Assembly: GCA_907165135.1 (NCBI GenBank)
Contig: OU015566.1
Location: 7,626,001-7,690,000, forward strand
From: Oikopleura dioica
Lineage: Eukaryota > Animalia > Chordata
DNA: 64,000 nucleotides
Reading direction: 5' to 3'
Part shown: piece by piece, positions 22,349 to 33,700 of the stretch
Layout: every line of letters starts with the position of its first letter
Numbering within the stretch: the first letter of the stretch is position 1
Notes under the pieces: generated by a model
What the model saw: the letters and a program-made list of their open reading frames with translations, nothing else
Told to the model about the DNA's origin: nothing
Database searches by the model: none
Made by a program: the position numbers and the translations under genes

Positions 22349-22946
22349 TTTTCAGCCGGGCTGTTTTCATTAAGCTTCAATTCTTCTTCTCTTTTGTGAA
22401 TATACATTTGATCATCTATCTGTAATCAAAAAAGGTACCATTAAAGGTCCTACGGGTTAGTTTTAAATATAAAAATTTATCAGAAAAAATTGCAGGAAAT
22501 AGATTAAACTTCAGCTAAATAAACGTCGGCAAGAAAACATATTTCGCAGAAAGATTTCTCGTTTGAAAAAAGAAAGAAAAATGATAATTCATTGAGCGCA
22601 AATGACGAAACGCTTCAGCTTGTCACGATTACTCATCGATAGCGCGCGATTTTCAAATTTTGACTTCGAAAATTGCTCGAAAAGATGTTTTTTGTTTCTT
22701 GAGTGCAATTTAGAAAGAATTAAAAAAAAATATTTTTCCAAAAAAAAATGCTCGTTGGGGGGTCGTCGAGAATGTGTGACAGCTTGTGTCGATCCCTTTT
22801 TTACAAAATAATTTTGAAAAATATTGAACAATTAGGTGTAAATACCCATTAGGTGTAAATATCTATTAGGTGTGTTACACCTTCTAGAAAATTACACTAA
22901 ATGGGTATTTACACCTAATGGGATTTACACCTAATGGGCCTCACCC

Positions 22947-24769
22947 TCTCAGAGCTTGCTCTAGTCGTTTCTGCTCGTCTTGAGCCCACTGAGCTGGGGC
23001 AGGCTGAAGAAAACATGAGTTCTAGAGATAAAATGGGATTCGTCTAAAACTCACCGCAGCGGCAGTACCAGCGTTTGAAGCAGCAGTGTTTTTCTTTCCA
23101 TCCATGTCGCCCGATTTCTTACTGATATCTTTCTGGAACTGCTTGAAAGCATCCTGTTGTCCTGGAGCTCTCATCGATTGTTTTTCGAGTTCTTTAGCCT
23201 TCTTGAGAATTTGCTTTTCGTCTCGCTCTTTGCTTGCGCCGTGGTCGTTCATCCAGACATTGATGACTCCCCAACGATTAAGCGTTCCAGCGGGGAAGGT
23301 TACCATTGCCTTTGTCAGCAATTGGATATCATCGGTGTTCCAGCCGCCGGAAACTACTGCCGCCTTGACCTTTTCCTGTGCTGATTTTTCAGTGGCGATG
23401 GCGTTTTTCTCCGCTTCAGCAGCTTTGAAATCGACAATTGAGGATCGAACAATGTCTGCTCGAGCACTGACATCTGCTTCGTTCATTTTCTTGTTCAAAT
23501 CCGCCAATTGGACGGCGTTAAACGCTGTGCAGAGATATTCAACATCTTCCATCATTTTCAGTTGCTCTTCGTCCGGGACCCAGTATTTGTCTGATTTCGC
23601 CAGGGCTCGGAACTTCTGTCGCTCTTTTTTGTTCGCTTTGACCTCCGCCTTCGCGATCGCTTTTTTCTCCTCTTCGATCTTTGCCAATCGCTCTTTCTCA
23701 GCATCTTCTTTCGCTTTCTTTTCCGCGGTGATTCTGGCCTGTTGAAGCTCTCTTTCTATCTTCGCTCGCCTAGCTTCTTCTTTTTTCTTTTGCTTCGCTT
23801 CGTCGCGGATTCGTTTTTCTTCGTCGACAAAGCGCTGGATTCGCGGATCGTTGGCGTACGCAAGATCGACGAGTTTCCGGATTCGGGACATTTCTTCCTT
23901 CTTCTTTTTCACACGACCCTGGCGGTTGTATTTTTCAATTGCTCGGCGCTCGTAACGATCTTGCGCTTGCTCTGGGTCTCCTTCGTCTTCCCAGTGGAAG
24001 TCTCGCCACGATTTGAAATCATACCAGTAGTTGTAGAAGCGATCTTTGGGAGGTTCTTTGTGAATAGATAAGAAAATTTGAACACTCGAGAAGCCGCTTG
24101 CGGCTTCGTTGAAGAATAATTAAAGCCGCACAATGCGCTGCTTTTTAGTTTTATACGGAAATTATCGAATCGAAGTGATCAGCGAACCAGGCCTACAGTC
24201 TTTCTATCGTCATCGTCATGTCCGATTGGAACAACTTTCGATCTCTGAAGAGCCCATCTTGCGTTTCTCTCGAAAACAGGGGCAAAAATCCCGTAAAAGT
24301 TTGTCTTCAAATTTGGATCATCCGCTTTTGGAATGGAATTGTTAAATTTGGGATCGACAGAATCAAATGCTCGACGCTTGACGGGGTCGGACAGAATTTC
24401 CGCGCTCTTCGTAATGATCGCGAAGTTTTCTTCGTCCTTTTTCGTCGCTGGGCGACCGAGTTTATCGGGGTGGAACTTGAGGACGAGGGCTTTGTGGACT
24501 TGCTTGATTTGCTTGGCAGTGGCCTTGTATCGGATGTCCTGGAGGCCGAGGATCGCGTAGTGATCGTTTTCCTTCCACTCAGAGGCCTTGACCTTTTCCA
24601 GCTTTACACCAGGCTCAAGTTTTTCAAAGTCGATCTCTTCAGTTTCCTCTTCCTCCTCGATAATTTCATCGGTGCTCTCTTCCTCGATTCCGAAGTTTTC
24701 CTGGAGCCAATTTTCGAAAGCCCAGCCGACCGGCTCGACTTCTTGAAAATCAAGTGGCGGTAATTTCAT
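22947..24769 (-). CDS. DNAJC2: DNAJC2 (MPP11/zuotin-related factor), 5' part
   Basis: EVEPVGWAFE, J domain (DHYAILGL...HPDK), FAPVFERNARW, YANDPRIQRF, first SANT (WNTDDIQLLTKAMVTFPAGTLNRW), and the start of the second SANT. Confidence 0.95.
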
Positions 24770-25235
24770 TCTGAAAAATATTTTCTTGATAAAAATCTGA
24801 TTAGCAGTTTGTTATCATGAGTGATCAAATTCCTCAATTAGATAAAAAAATAGAATATTTTATCTCTTTACTTGATGATTAGCAGGGATTAGTTTTTGAT
24901 AAAGTGACAAGTTCGTGAAATCCTCTCTGAAAAGTCGACTTTCCGAAGCCGCGGGGTACCGTGGGAATGAACCGTGGCAGACGGGGCCAATCGCGCTACG
25001 CGACTCAAAATTTACTTCAGTCGCTTGAAAAGAATAAATTCGCGAAGCGCACAACGGCGCGAATAACGCGCGCCAAAACGAAAAGGAAAAGACAAGACGC
25101 AAGAAATAAGAAAGACTGAAGAAAAAACAACTCAAGGTGATTTTGGCGTCTGTCGCCAAAAATTCATTTTGAGAAATAAGAAGAGGAAGGAAGAAAAATC
25201 GAAATTGAAATTTGGCGAAGAGGAAATTGATAAGA

Positions 25236-27019
25236 ATGTGGCGAAAATGGGTGGTTTTCGTGCAACTTTTGACGGGATTTATTGCTGCGGAAAAAGTAGA
25301 TATTGGAAAACTTCATCCGACTGTTTTCGGTAAAATTTTCTCATTGAAAAATGCCTGTAGCCGATTTAGTTCCTGGAATTCTCGGCTCTCGAGTTGAAGC
25401 AAAGCTGAACAGGACTTCTGTTCCACACTGGATTTGCTCGAAAAAGGCAGATTGGTTCAACATGTGGATGAACTACGAAATCATGGCTCCTCTTGGTGGA
25501 ACTTGTTGGGTTCAGAACATGTGGATGGAGTTCGATAACGTAACGAAGACGACGCATAATCCAGAGGGAGTTCAGTTGCGGCCAGAGTGCTGGGGAGATA
25601 CGGACTGCATTGAGTGGCTGGATCCACACCATTTGGTACCACCGGGCAGATATTTCCATGACATTATTCAGGTATTCATGCGGACCATTGTGAACGGATA
25701 CAGAGTATTTTAATATTAGTGGTTTATCAGTTCCTACTGTTGCCCAAATTAACCAAAAATTACTTTTTTGACGAGAAATATGGCTCTTTTTTGTAAACTC
25801 TGGAAAACATCGCTGAATTTTCATCTAAATAGATTCACTTCATAAAGAAAACTTTAGGCATTCGTACGAAATGGCTACGAAGTGAACAACACCCTAACCG
25901 CCGCTACATATGACTGGAGAAAGTCCGCTTCAGAATGGGAAGTCGACTACTTTCCGAAGTTACAGAAAATGATCGAAGACATGTTTGCCAAGTTCAACAA
26001 AAAAGGTGCGAATATAAACGCATCATATGTCAAAACGAAACATGTTTAGTTGTTATCGTCGCGCATTCGATGGGGAACCCCTGTTTGCTTTCTTTCTTCA
26101 ATAAAATGTCGCCAGCTTGGAAGAAGAAATATATCAAGCAGTATGCTGCCATCGCCCCTGTCTATCTTGGCGCTCCTAAATCCCTCAAAGGTAGATTTTC
26201 TCTAAAGTTTTGATGAAAATACTCTTGATTTTCTAGCCCTGATAAACGGCGAAAACGAAGGAATTCCAAGCATCCTAGTGGGGCTTATTCAGATGCGTAC
26301 AATGCTCAGAACTTTTCCTAGGTAAGTTTTTCTCTCTTAAAATTAAGCTATCCCTCTCTTTAGTACGTATTATTTGGTGCCAAACAACAAGGACGACAAC
26401 TGGCCAAATGAGCACGCAACGATCGTTTACACAGACGATCGAAACTACACTGCGACTGTTTCTGACATGGGTACAGTTATCCATCCTGTGGCTGTTTTAC
26501 CGATAAATTTCAGTCGATCTTTTCAAAGCCATGGAAAAGCCAGATTACGATTTCGGAGTTGACATGTACCACAAATTTGGCCAAGAGCGAGTTCTCAAGG
26601 ATCCCGGTGTTCCTGTTCATATCTTCTACGGTACAGGACTGGATACGACCTGTGCCATGGACTACAGAAACAAGCGTTTCCCTGATTACTCGCCTAAAGA
26701 ATGTGAGTCCCTCAATTTCAGAAAATCGAAATAAATTCCATTTTTAGATCAATGCTCTGGTGATAGTACTGTGCCAGAATGGTCGTCGACATTCGGCTAT
26801 TACCACTGGGCTAATGCTAAGAAAACGGAAGTGCCAAAAGCAGATCATAACGAGCTACTGCGCGATGAAGAAGTGATCAACACGATCTTGGGCTATGCGA
26901 TTGAAGACTTTGATCCACCACAGCTCAAGAAGAGCAAGAACAAGCTTTATTTCAAGCCTGATCTAACTCGTGGAAAGAAGATTTTCGAGCAGGCGTATTG
27001 GCGAATTCCTGAAGAATGA
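25236..27019 (+). CDS. PLA2G15: Lysosomal phospholipase A2 / LCAT family acyltransferase
   Basis: Signal peptide, FVPGILGSRVEAKL, ATYDWRKS, VVIVAHSMGN lipase motif, GDSTVP and ADHNELL. Confidence 0.82.
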
Positions 27020-27496
27020 TATCCTTTTCTTCCTTGATTTCAGAAATCGGGAATCTGTACTATTTTTTGATAAAACTTTACTCGTAGATCCACTTTCCTG
27101 GCCAACAAATCAGAATTAATCCCCATCCTTCCAAAAATCTTAGCAGGCCCTAAAAGTGGAAAATTTCAAATAATCAATTCAAGTTTCAAATGCCCACCCT
27201 TATCTGTTTGTAATGAATGCTCTTGTGCTACTAGTCTGTCTGTAATAATGCAACTACAGTTCCGTTCTTTTATTGATCATCATTTTCATCCCTGTTTTCT
27301 CAATTTCAACAATGCCGAAAAATCTTCAAAAATAAGCGTATTCTTTTCGATTTCTCAATTTTCAAATCTGAAAATCCGCGCCCGGAGGACTTTCGTTCCG
27401 CTTAAGCGCCCACCAACCAGACCGGTTGTTTCTTTTTTACAGAAAAAAGAGAACCGACTTCTTTGATTTAGATAACAGAATAAAAGACATGAGGAT

Positions 27497-30374
27497 ATGT
27501 CGTTGAACCAGGGTGATAAGCCACTGAGTAATCGGTGCACTAGAATCGAAGTCGAGCTAGAGAAGACTGACCAGCATAATTATCCGGAATTTTCTTTTCT
27601 GTCACTGAAAAATGAGCTTGAAAAAGCGACTGAGGTTGAGGGAACGGCTGCTGATCCTGCCAATAAAGATGGTAAATCATGAAATATTTTTCAGTTAACA
27701 TTTTTCTTCCAGAGGACGAGTGCGCAAGAATTGCCGCAATGCTCGAAGCGAAATACAGTAATTTTGGGAATACAGCGTCCTTCGACAAGAAAAAGCGCCG
27801 ACGACACGAAAGAATAGAAGATTTCATGGACATGGGCGAAGGATACGACCAGGACGATGATTTTATTGACGACTCTGAAGCGCATGAAATTTTTGTTCCG
27901 CAGCAATACGACACCTGGCACGGCGGGTTCTACGTTAATCAGGGCCTGTTGAGGTTGAAAATGGCGGATACGGCGGAAGATGAAGTTACGTTGACGGCGG
28001 GGACGAAGCAGCGGAATTTCGGGAAACCGGTTTCAGAATCTGGAGAAAGCGACTCGGAAAAATCTGACGATGAATCGAACTCTCAAGGTGACGGTAAAGA
28101 CGAAGTCGATAAGGGAAAGAAAGAGGATGAGGGTCCAAAGCGAGGTAGGCCGCCAAAGAGTCAAGAAGCAAAAGCAAAGCCTGTGGCCGAGGCAAGTACA
28201 AAAGGAACTCCTGGAAGGCCACCGAAGAATCCTGAAAGCAAAGCGACTCCTGGAAGACCGCCAAAGTCGCCATCAAAAACAGCTGAACCGAAAATCGCCG
28301 AACCACCTGTTTCGCTACCTGACGCGGATCTTCCAGAGAACATTCGGTATGCCCCCCTAAAAGGTTAAAAAAACCCACAACCTTTTTTTTCAGAACGAAA
28401 TGCAACACTCTTCGAAAAATCGCCGAAGCTTCAAAAGGCATGTCATCTCAAAAGTTCTTCTCTTCTTCTGTCCTCGACTTACTTGTCGAAATCGACAATC
28501 ATATTAAAGATGTTTCTCCGAAGATCCGAAACGCGACGCTTGAATACATCTCCGAACCGATGCCCTGCAAAAAAGACACCTTGATGTTGCGCCTGAAAAA
28601 GATGCGAAAGGATAAAGTCGAGTCAATCATCAAAGAACCGTTTGACAAGTTCACCGTTATGATCAAAAAGTGCGTTGATATTCAAACGATCAAATACGAA
28701 GGCCAACTTGAGAATTTTAACAAGCGCCTCGCCGAGTACAACGAAAAGTCCAAATCCGATCCAAATATGAAGAAGCCCCGGCAGCCGAGTAAAAACTTCA
28801 ACTGGACAGCCGATGCCAAAGCAGATCTCTTTGACTTGGTCAAAATCAAGGAAAGCCTTTATGCGATACAGAAGCCAAAAGATACAACGCTAGAAGCGTG
28901 GATCAAGGAATTCGTAAATGTGGAAGTCAAAAGTCTCTTTCCGCCGGGATGGGTTACCTATGAAAAGCTAGAAAAGGTGATTGGAATTGAGAAGAATAAA
29001 CGCGAAATGGAAGCGAATGGCGGGATCCAAACGAATGGAACGCCTAAAGTTGAGAAGAAAGTTGGAGAAAAACGAAAGCTAATGGACTCTCCTATCGATC
29101 AGCAGAAACTAAAAACAGCGAATTCCTCACAACCATCAAAAATATCAAAACCAAGTCCAGAAGCGAAGCCATCTCCTGTTCAAGCCGCCACAGCAGTCGT
29201 AAAACAGCTTCCAGTTCCAGTTACTCAAGTTAATCAGAATACAACTCTTTCGACAGAACAGCAACTCATAGCACAGAAAGTGATTCAGATCGCGATCGAA
29301 AAAAAACGAAAAGAACTCGAAGAAAAAGCCGCGGCGGAGAAAAATAAGAAAGCTCAAGAGCAGCACATGCAAAACTTGATGAAACAGCTGCAAAATAGCC
29401 AAAATGGAGGAACGCAGAATAAAATTGCGAAGGCGCCTCCAAAGTCGAAAAGATCTCCAAAAGAACTGAGAGAACAACTTGTTAAAATTCAGCAGCAAAA
29501 CGCGAAAGTGCAAAAAACGACGGTTGAAAGTCAAAAGATTAGCCCATCACCACCGAAGTCTTCGCCAAAACCGATTGCTCCATCTCCCAGTCCGTCTAAG
29601 TTGCCATCGATGTCCCTTCCAAGTATTCATCAAATCGCATCTTCGCCAACGAAAACGAGCGTAATCAAAGTCAGTCCTGTCAAAGTCCAGAATACTCAAC
29701 TTTTCCAACAACCGACTATCGCGAACTCGCCCCAACTGCAAGCTGCAACGCGTCGACTTTCTAATGAAAACTCAAATGTCGTTGTCTTCCCTCACACGAT
29801 GCAGCATCAAGTCTCTCCAGTATCAACAGGCGTCACCCAGCAACAGCAGCATGTATCGCCAGTGCTTATCCAGCAGCAAAAGTCTCCGAGCTCGTCGAGT
29901 TTTAGCATTAACAATTTGGTCTCACAGTCGAAAAGTACCTCTCAATCATTTATCGTTCCAGTGTCTCAGGTAACAGAAATTTTTCCGATCTCTTATCAGC
30001 CGCGTTTCAGGTTCAAAATATCAGCCGTCAGCAAGTTCAAAATATTCCAATTTCTCACAAAACTTCAACTATTTCAACAAATGCTCAGGTTTGACCTTAC
30101 CATCCTTTTCACAGCCGTCAACTGTTTTTTTCAGGAGTACTTCGTTCAAAAACAAGCAGTTCCTCAAAACATTGTTCAACAGCAGCAACAGCAGCAGCAT
30201 TCAATGACGACGCAAAATCAAGGGCTTATCCAAGCAAGACTTCAGCAAAACGGTCATCCGTCTGCTTATCAATACATGGAGACGACAAATGGAGTATTTT
30301 TGGGAACAAATCCTATTCAAAATTTGCCTACTGACCCACTAAAGTACCCATCTAATACTCTTATCATATCGTAA
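27497..30374 (+). CDS. UBN1: Ubinuclein / yemanuclein (HIRA complex)
   Basis: YPEFSF motif, HUN domain (DMGEGYDQDDDFIDDSEA...GGFYVNQG), ubinuclein middle domain (PCKKDTL...FNWT), and a Q/S/P-rich tail. UBN1 versus UBN2 is not resolvable. Confidence 0.85.
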
Positions 30375-30700
30375 CGGCTTTTAAGCTCTATTGAACCAAC
30401 ACTGCCAATCGATATGCCTTTCTTTAACGCTTCCAGGCAGCTTTCGGGGGACAAGGTATCCCGGTAGTAAATGTTTCGTGATAAGGAAACACTTTTCACA
30501 GTCTTGCATGTACGTGATCTCTTTTTTATCTTTCTAGTTACTAATAATTTCCTAGGTTCAAAGAACGACTCCGCAGAAAAGAATATATTACTATCCTTCT
30601 AATCACTTTTACTGACCACATGTTTCTGTTCATTCTTCTACCTCAATTCAGTATTAGAATTCGAATTGAAAATATCTCATGATAAAAATTCAGACAGAAA

Positions 30701-33700
30701 ATGGAAGGGAGTCAACCGCCAGGCGGTCCGCCTCAAGGTCAGCCAAATCCGGGAGGTGCTCCTTACGGGCACCATCCTCCAACTTCATATCCATCGCAGT
30801 ATCCTCCTCAGCAGCACCCTGGCGCTTCGGGTGGCCATATGAGCGGACCTCCAGGCGGCTATCCAGGATACGCCAGCCATGGAGGCCCTCCACCAGGACA
30901 TGGTGGTCCCCCAGGCGGCTATCATCCACAAATGCATCCAGGTCAGCACCCTGGCTATCCAGGTTTTCCTCGACACGCCGCCCCACCAGGTCACATGATG
31001 CATCCGCAACGACCTCCCGTAGCCGCACCTCAAGCCGCACCTGCGCAACCTCCAGCTCCACAACAGCCTGGTGCGCCCGTCACAACCGAAGCAGAAACCT
31101 ACGATAATCCTTACACACCGCAACCGTCAACTCCTGGAACTGCCGATAATACAGCTTCAGAAGCTCCATCTACTCCGCAGACAGCGACAACTGACCCTGC
31201 TGCGCAATCTCAGCCAGCGCAGGCAACTCCAACTCAGCCAACACCAACACAAGCACCTGCTCATCCATCACAGGCGCCGGGTGCTCCTCCGGCTCAGCAG
31301 GGAGCTCCTCAGCCTGGATTTCCTCCGCATGGTCAGCCCGGCCCATATCCTCCACACTACCAAGGCGGTCCTCACATGCAACGGCCACCAATGCCACGAC
31401 AGTACACGACTACTCCCCGTTACACTGCCGAAAATCTTACAGCTATGCAAAAAGCTCTGGCTGAGATGCAGCATCAAAATCTAACGAATGACCCGCGATA
31501 TCACCAGCTTGTAAATGCGATCCGAGATGCTGAGCTTCAATTGCGTCGACAAACGCACTCTACTTTTACGCCAACGCAGTTGAGTCAACTTAGAGCGCAA
31601 ATAATGGCATACAAGCAGCTTTCGCGAACTCAAAACATCGATCCACAGTTGCTTCTTCAAGTCAAAGGGCAACAAGGACAGAGAGGACCAACAGGAGCCG
31701 CTCAACCGCCTCAACCCTCGCAGGAAGCCGCTGCTACCGCACAGCCTCCTACTCCTTCAAATCCAGAAGATGGTGGATCTGAGGGAGATAAATCTTCAGT
31801 GGCAGCTGCAACTCCGAATGCTCCAGACTCAAGACCAAGCACTGCCGGTCCAGAGAAAGAAGAAGGCTCGGATAAAGAAAACGCAGAAAAGAAGGAACCG
31901 AAGCAAGAGCCAACCGATGAAGCCAAAACAAACGAACCCGATACTCCTAGAGCATTTTCCGAAGGACCGCCAGTTCAGAGAAACTCTGATTTATACGAGC
32001 TTCTTCGCGATAAGCGCCCAGGTTATGGGGCGAATAAATTGTGCCCAGTCCAGAAGCCGAAGGGAATCGACCCAGCCGTGATTTTGGAGGAAAACGAAAA
32101 AAGAATCAACGCTCGAGTGTTGAACAGAATCACAGAATTGGAAGGCCTACCAGCTAACTTGCCAGCAGAGCTGCGAATAAGAGCGCAAATCGAACTGAGA
32201 AGTCTTCGATTGCTCGGTTTTCAGAGGCAACTCAGACAGGAAGTTATTAGCGTTACAAAGCAAGATACAACTCTTGAAACGGCTCTCAACACAAATGCTT
32301 ATCGACGCAAGAAAAAACAAGGTCTCAAAGACGCTCGAATTACAGAGAAGATTGAGAAGCAGCACAAGACTGAAGCCGAGCGCAGAAAGAAGCGTCTTCA
32401 TCAAGATTTCCTCCTTCAGGTCATGAACCACCAGAAAGAGTTCTATGAGTACCACAAGAACAACCGGAGCAAGGTCATCAGGACGAACAAAGCTCTTATT
32501 GCTTATTACAGGTGAGCTTGCGTATTTCAATCCCGAGTTTTCATAAATGAATTCACGAATAATCGGTTCAGCTTTCTTGATTTTATTTTAGCAACTCGGA
32601 AGCGCGTCTCAAAAGAGAACAAGAACGTCGTGAAAAGGAACGTATGCGTCTGCTCAAGCAAGAAGATGAAGAAGGTTACCGAAAGCTTATTGATCGACAG
32701 AAAGATAAACGTCTTGCCCACTTGCTTGATCAGACCGATGCGTATATCAAGGAATTGACCTCCATGTTGAAGGGACACAAGGAAGAAACTGCCAAAAAGA
32801 AAAAAGTTGCTGCTGGAAGCTTCGAAGATCCCGATGACCCGAGAGTTCCGATGGTCAATACGATGAACGGAATGATTCTCAAGGGAGAAAACGCCCCGAA
32901 ACGATCGCAGCTCATCGCGTTTATGCAAGCTCATCCAGGTTGGAAGCCAGTAGAGGAGCCACCAAAGGAAGAAAAGAAAGAAGGCGAAGGGGAAGCCGAG
33001 GAAAGCAAGGAAGAAAAAGAAGCGAAGGAAAATAAGGATCCAGATCGTGATGTTGAAGACGAGGATCAGAAAGACGACAAGTCTTACTACATGACGGCTC
33101 ACGGAGTACAAGAAAAGATCGAAAAGCAACCGTCCATCCTTGTTGGTGGCACTTTGAAACCGTACCAAATGAAGGGTCTGGAGTGGCTGGTTTCTCTCTT
33201 CAACAATAACTTGAATGGAATTCTCGCCGATGAAATGGGTCTCGGTAAAACTATCCAAACGATTGCTATGATTACGCACTTGGTCGAATTCAAAGGCGAG
33301 ATGGGTCCTTATCTAGTCATTGTCCCTCTGTCAACGCTTTCTAACTGGGTTCTCGAGTTCCAAAAGTGGGCGCCGTCGATTTCCGTCATTGGTTACAAGG
33401 GATCTCCGAATACTCGACGACTCTTAGCAAATGCTATTCGTGGCTCTCGTTTCAATGTGCTTATTACGACTTATGAATACATCATCAAGGATAAGCCGGT
33501 CCTCTCCAAAGTCAAGTGGAAGTTCCAAATTGTTGATGAAGGTCACCGAATGAAAAATCAAAGCTGCAAGCTGACACAGGTTCTCAACACTCACTATCTC
33601 TCGCCTCATCGTCTCTTGCTGACCGGTACGCCGTTGCAGAATAAGCTTCCTGAACTGTGGGCATTGATGAACTTTTTGCTTCCGTCGATTTTCAAGTCCG

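Larger units (their letters stand above)
15847..22946. mobile_element. Mutator-like element (MULE), 7100 bp, carrying passenger genes
   Basis: TIRs at about 15847-15963 and 22829-22946, built from ATTAGGTGTAA units. Perfect 10 bp TSD TCTCAGAGCT at 15837-15846 and 22947-22956. Contains internal MULE transposase motifs. Confidence 0.93.

Noticed and set aside
23086-24763. Long plus-strand ORFs 23086-23745 and 24218-24763 (also 32527-33279 and 27986-28441 on the minus strand)
   Set aside because: They are antisense shadows of DNAJC2, BRG1 and ubinuclein coding exons, with Phe/Ser/Leu-rich mirror composition.
24860-25159. 99 aa ORF between DNAJC2 and the phospholipase gene
   Set aside because: Its composition reflects purine-rich sequence and it has no domain. 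The region with CGCG motifs and a CCAAT fits a divergent promoter or outron better, but this is not demonstrable here.
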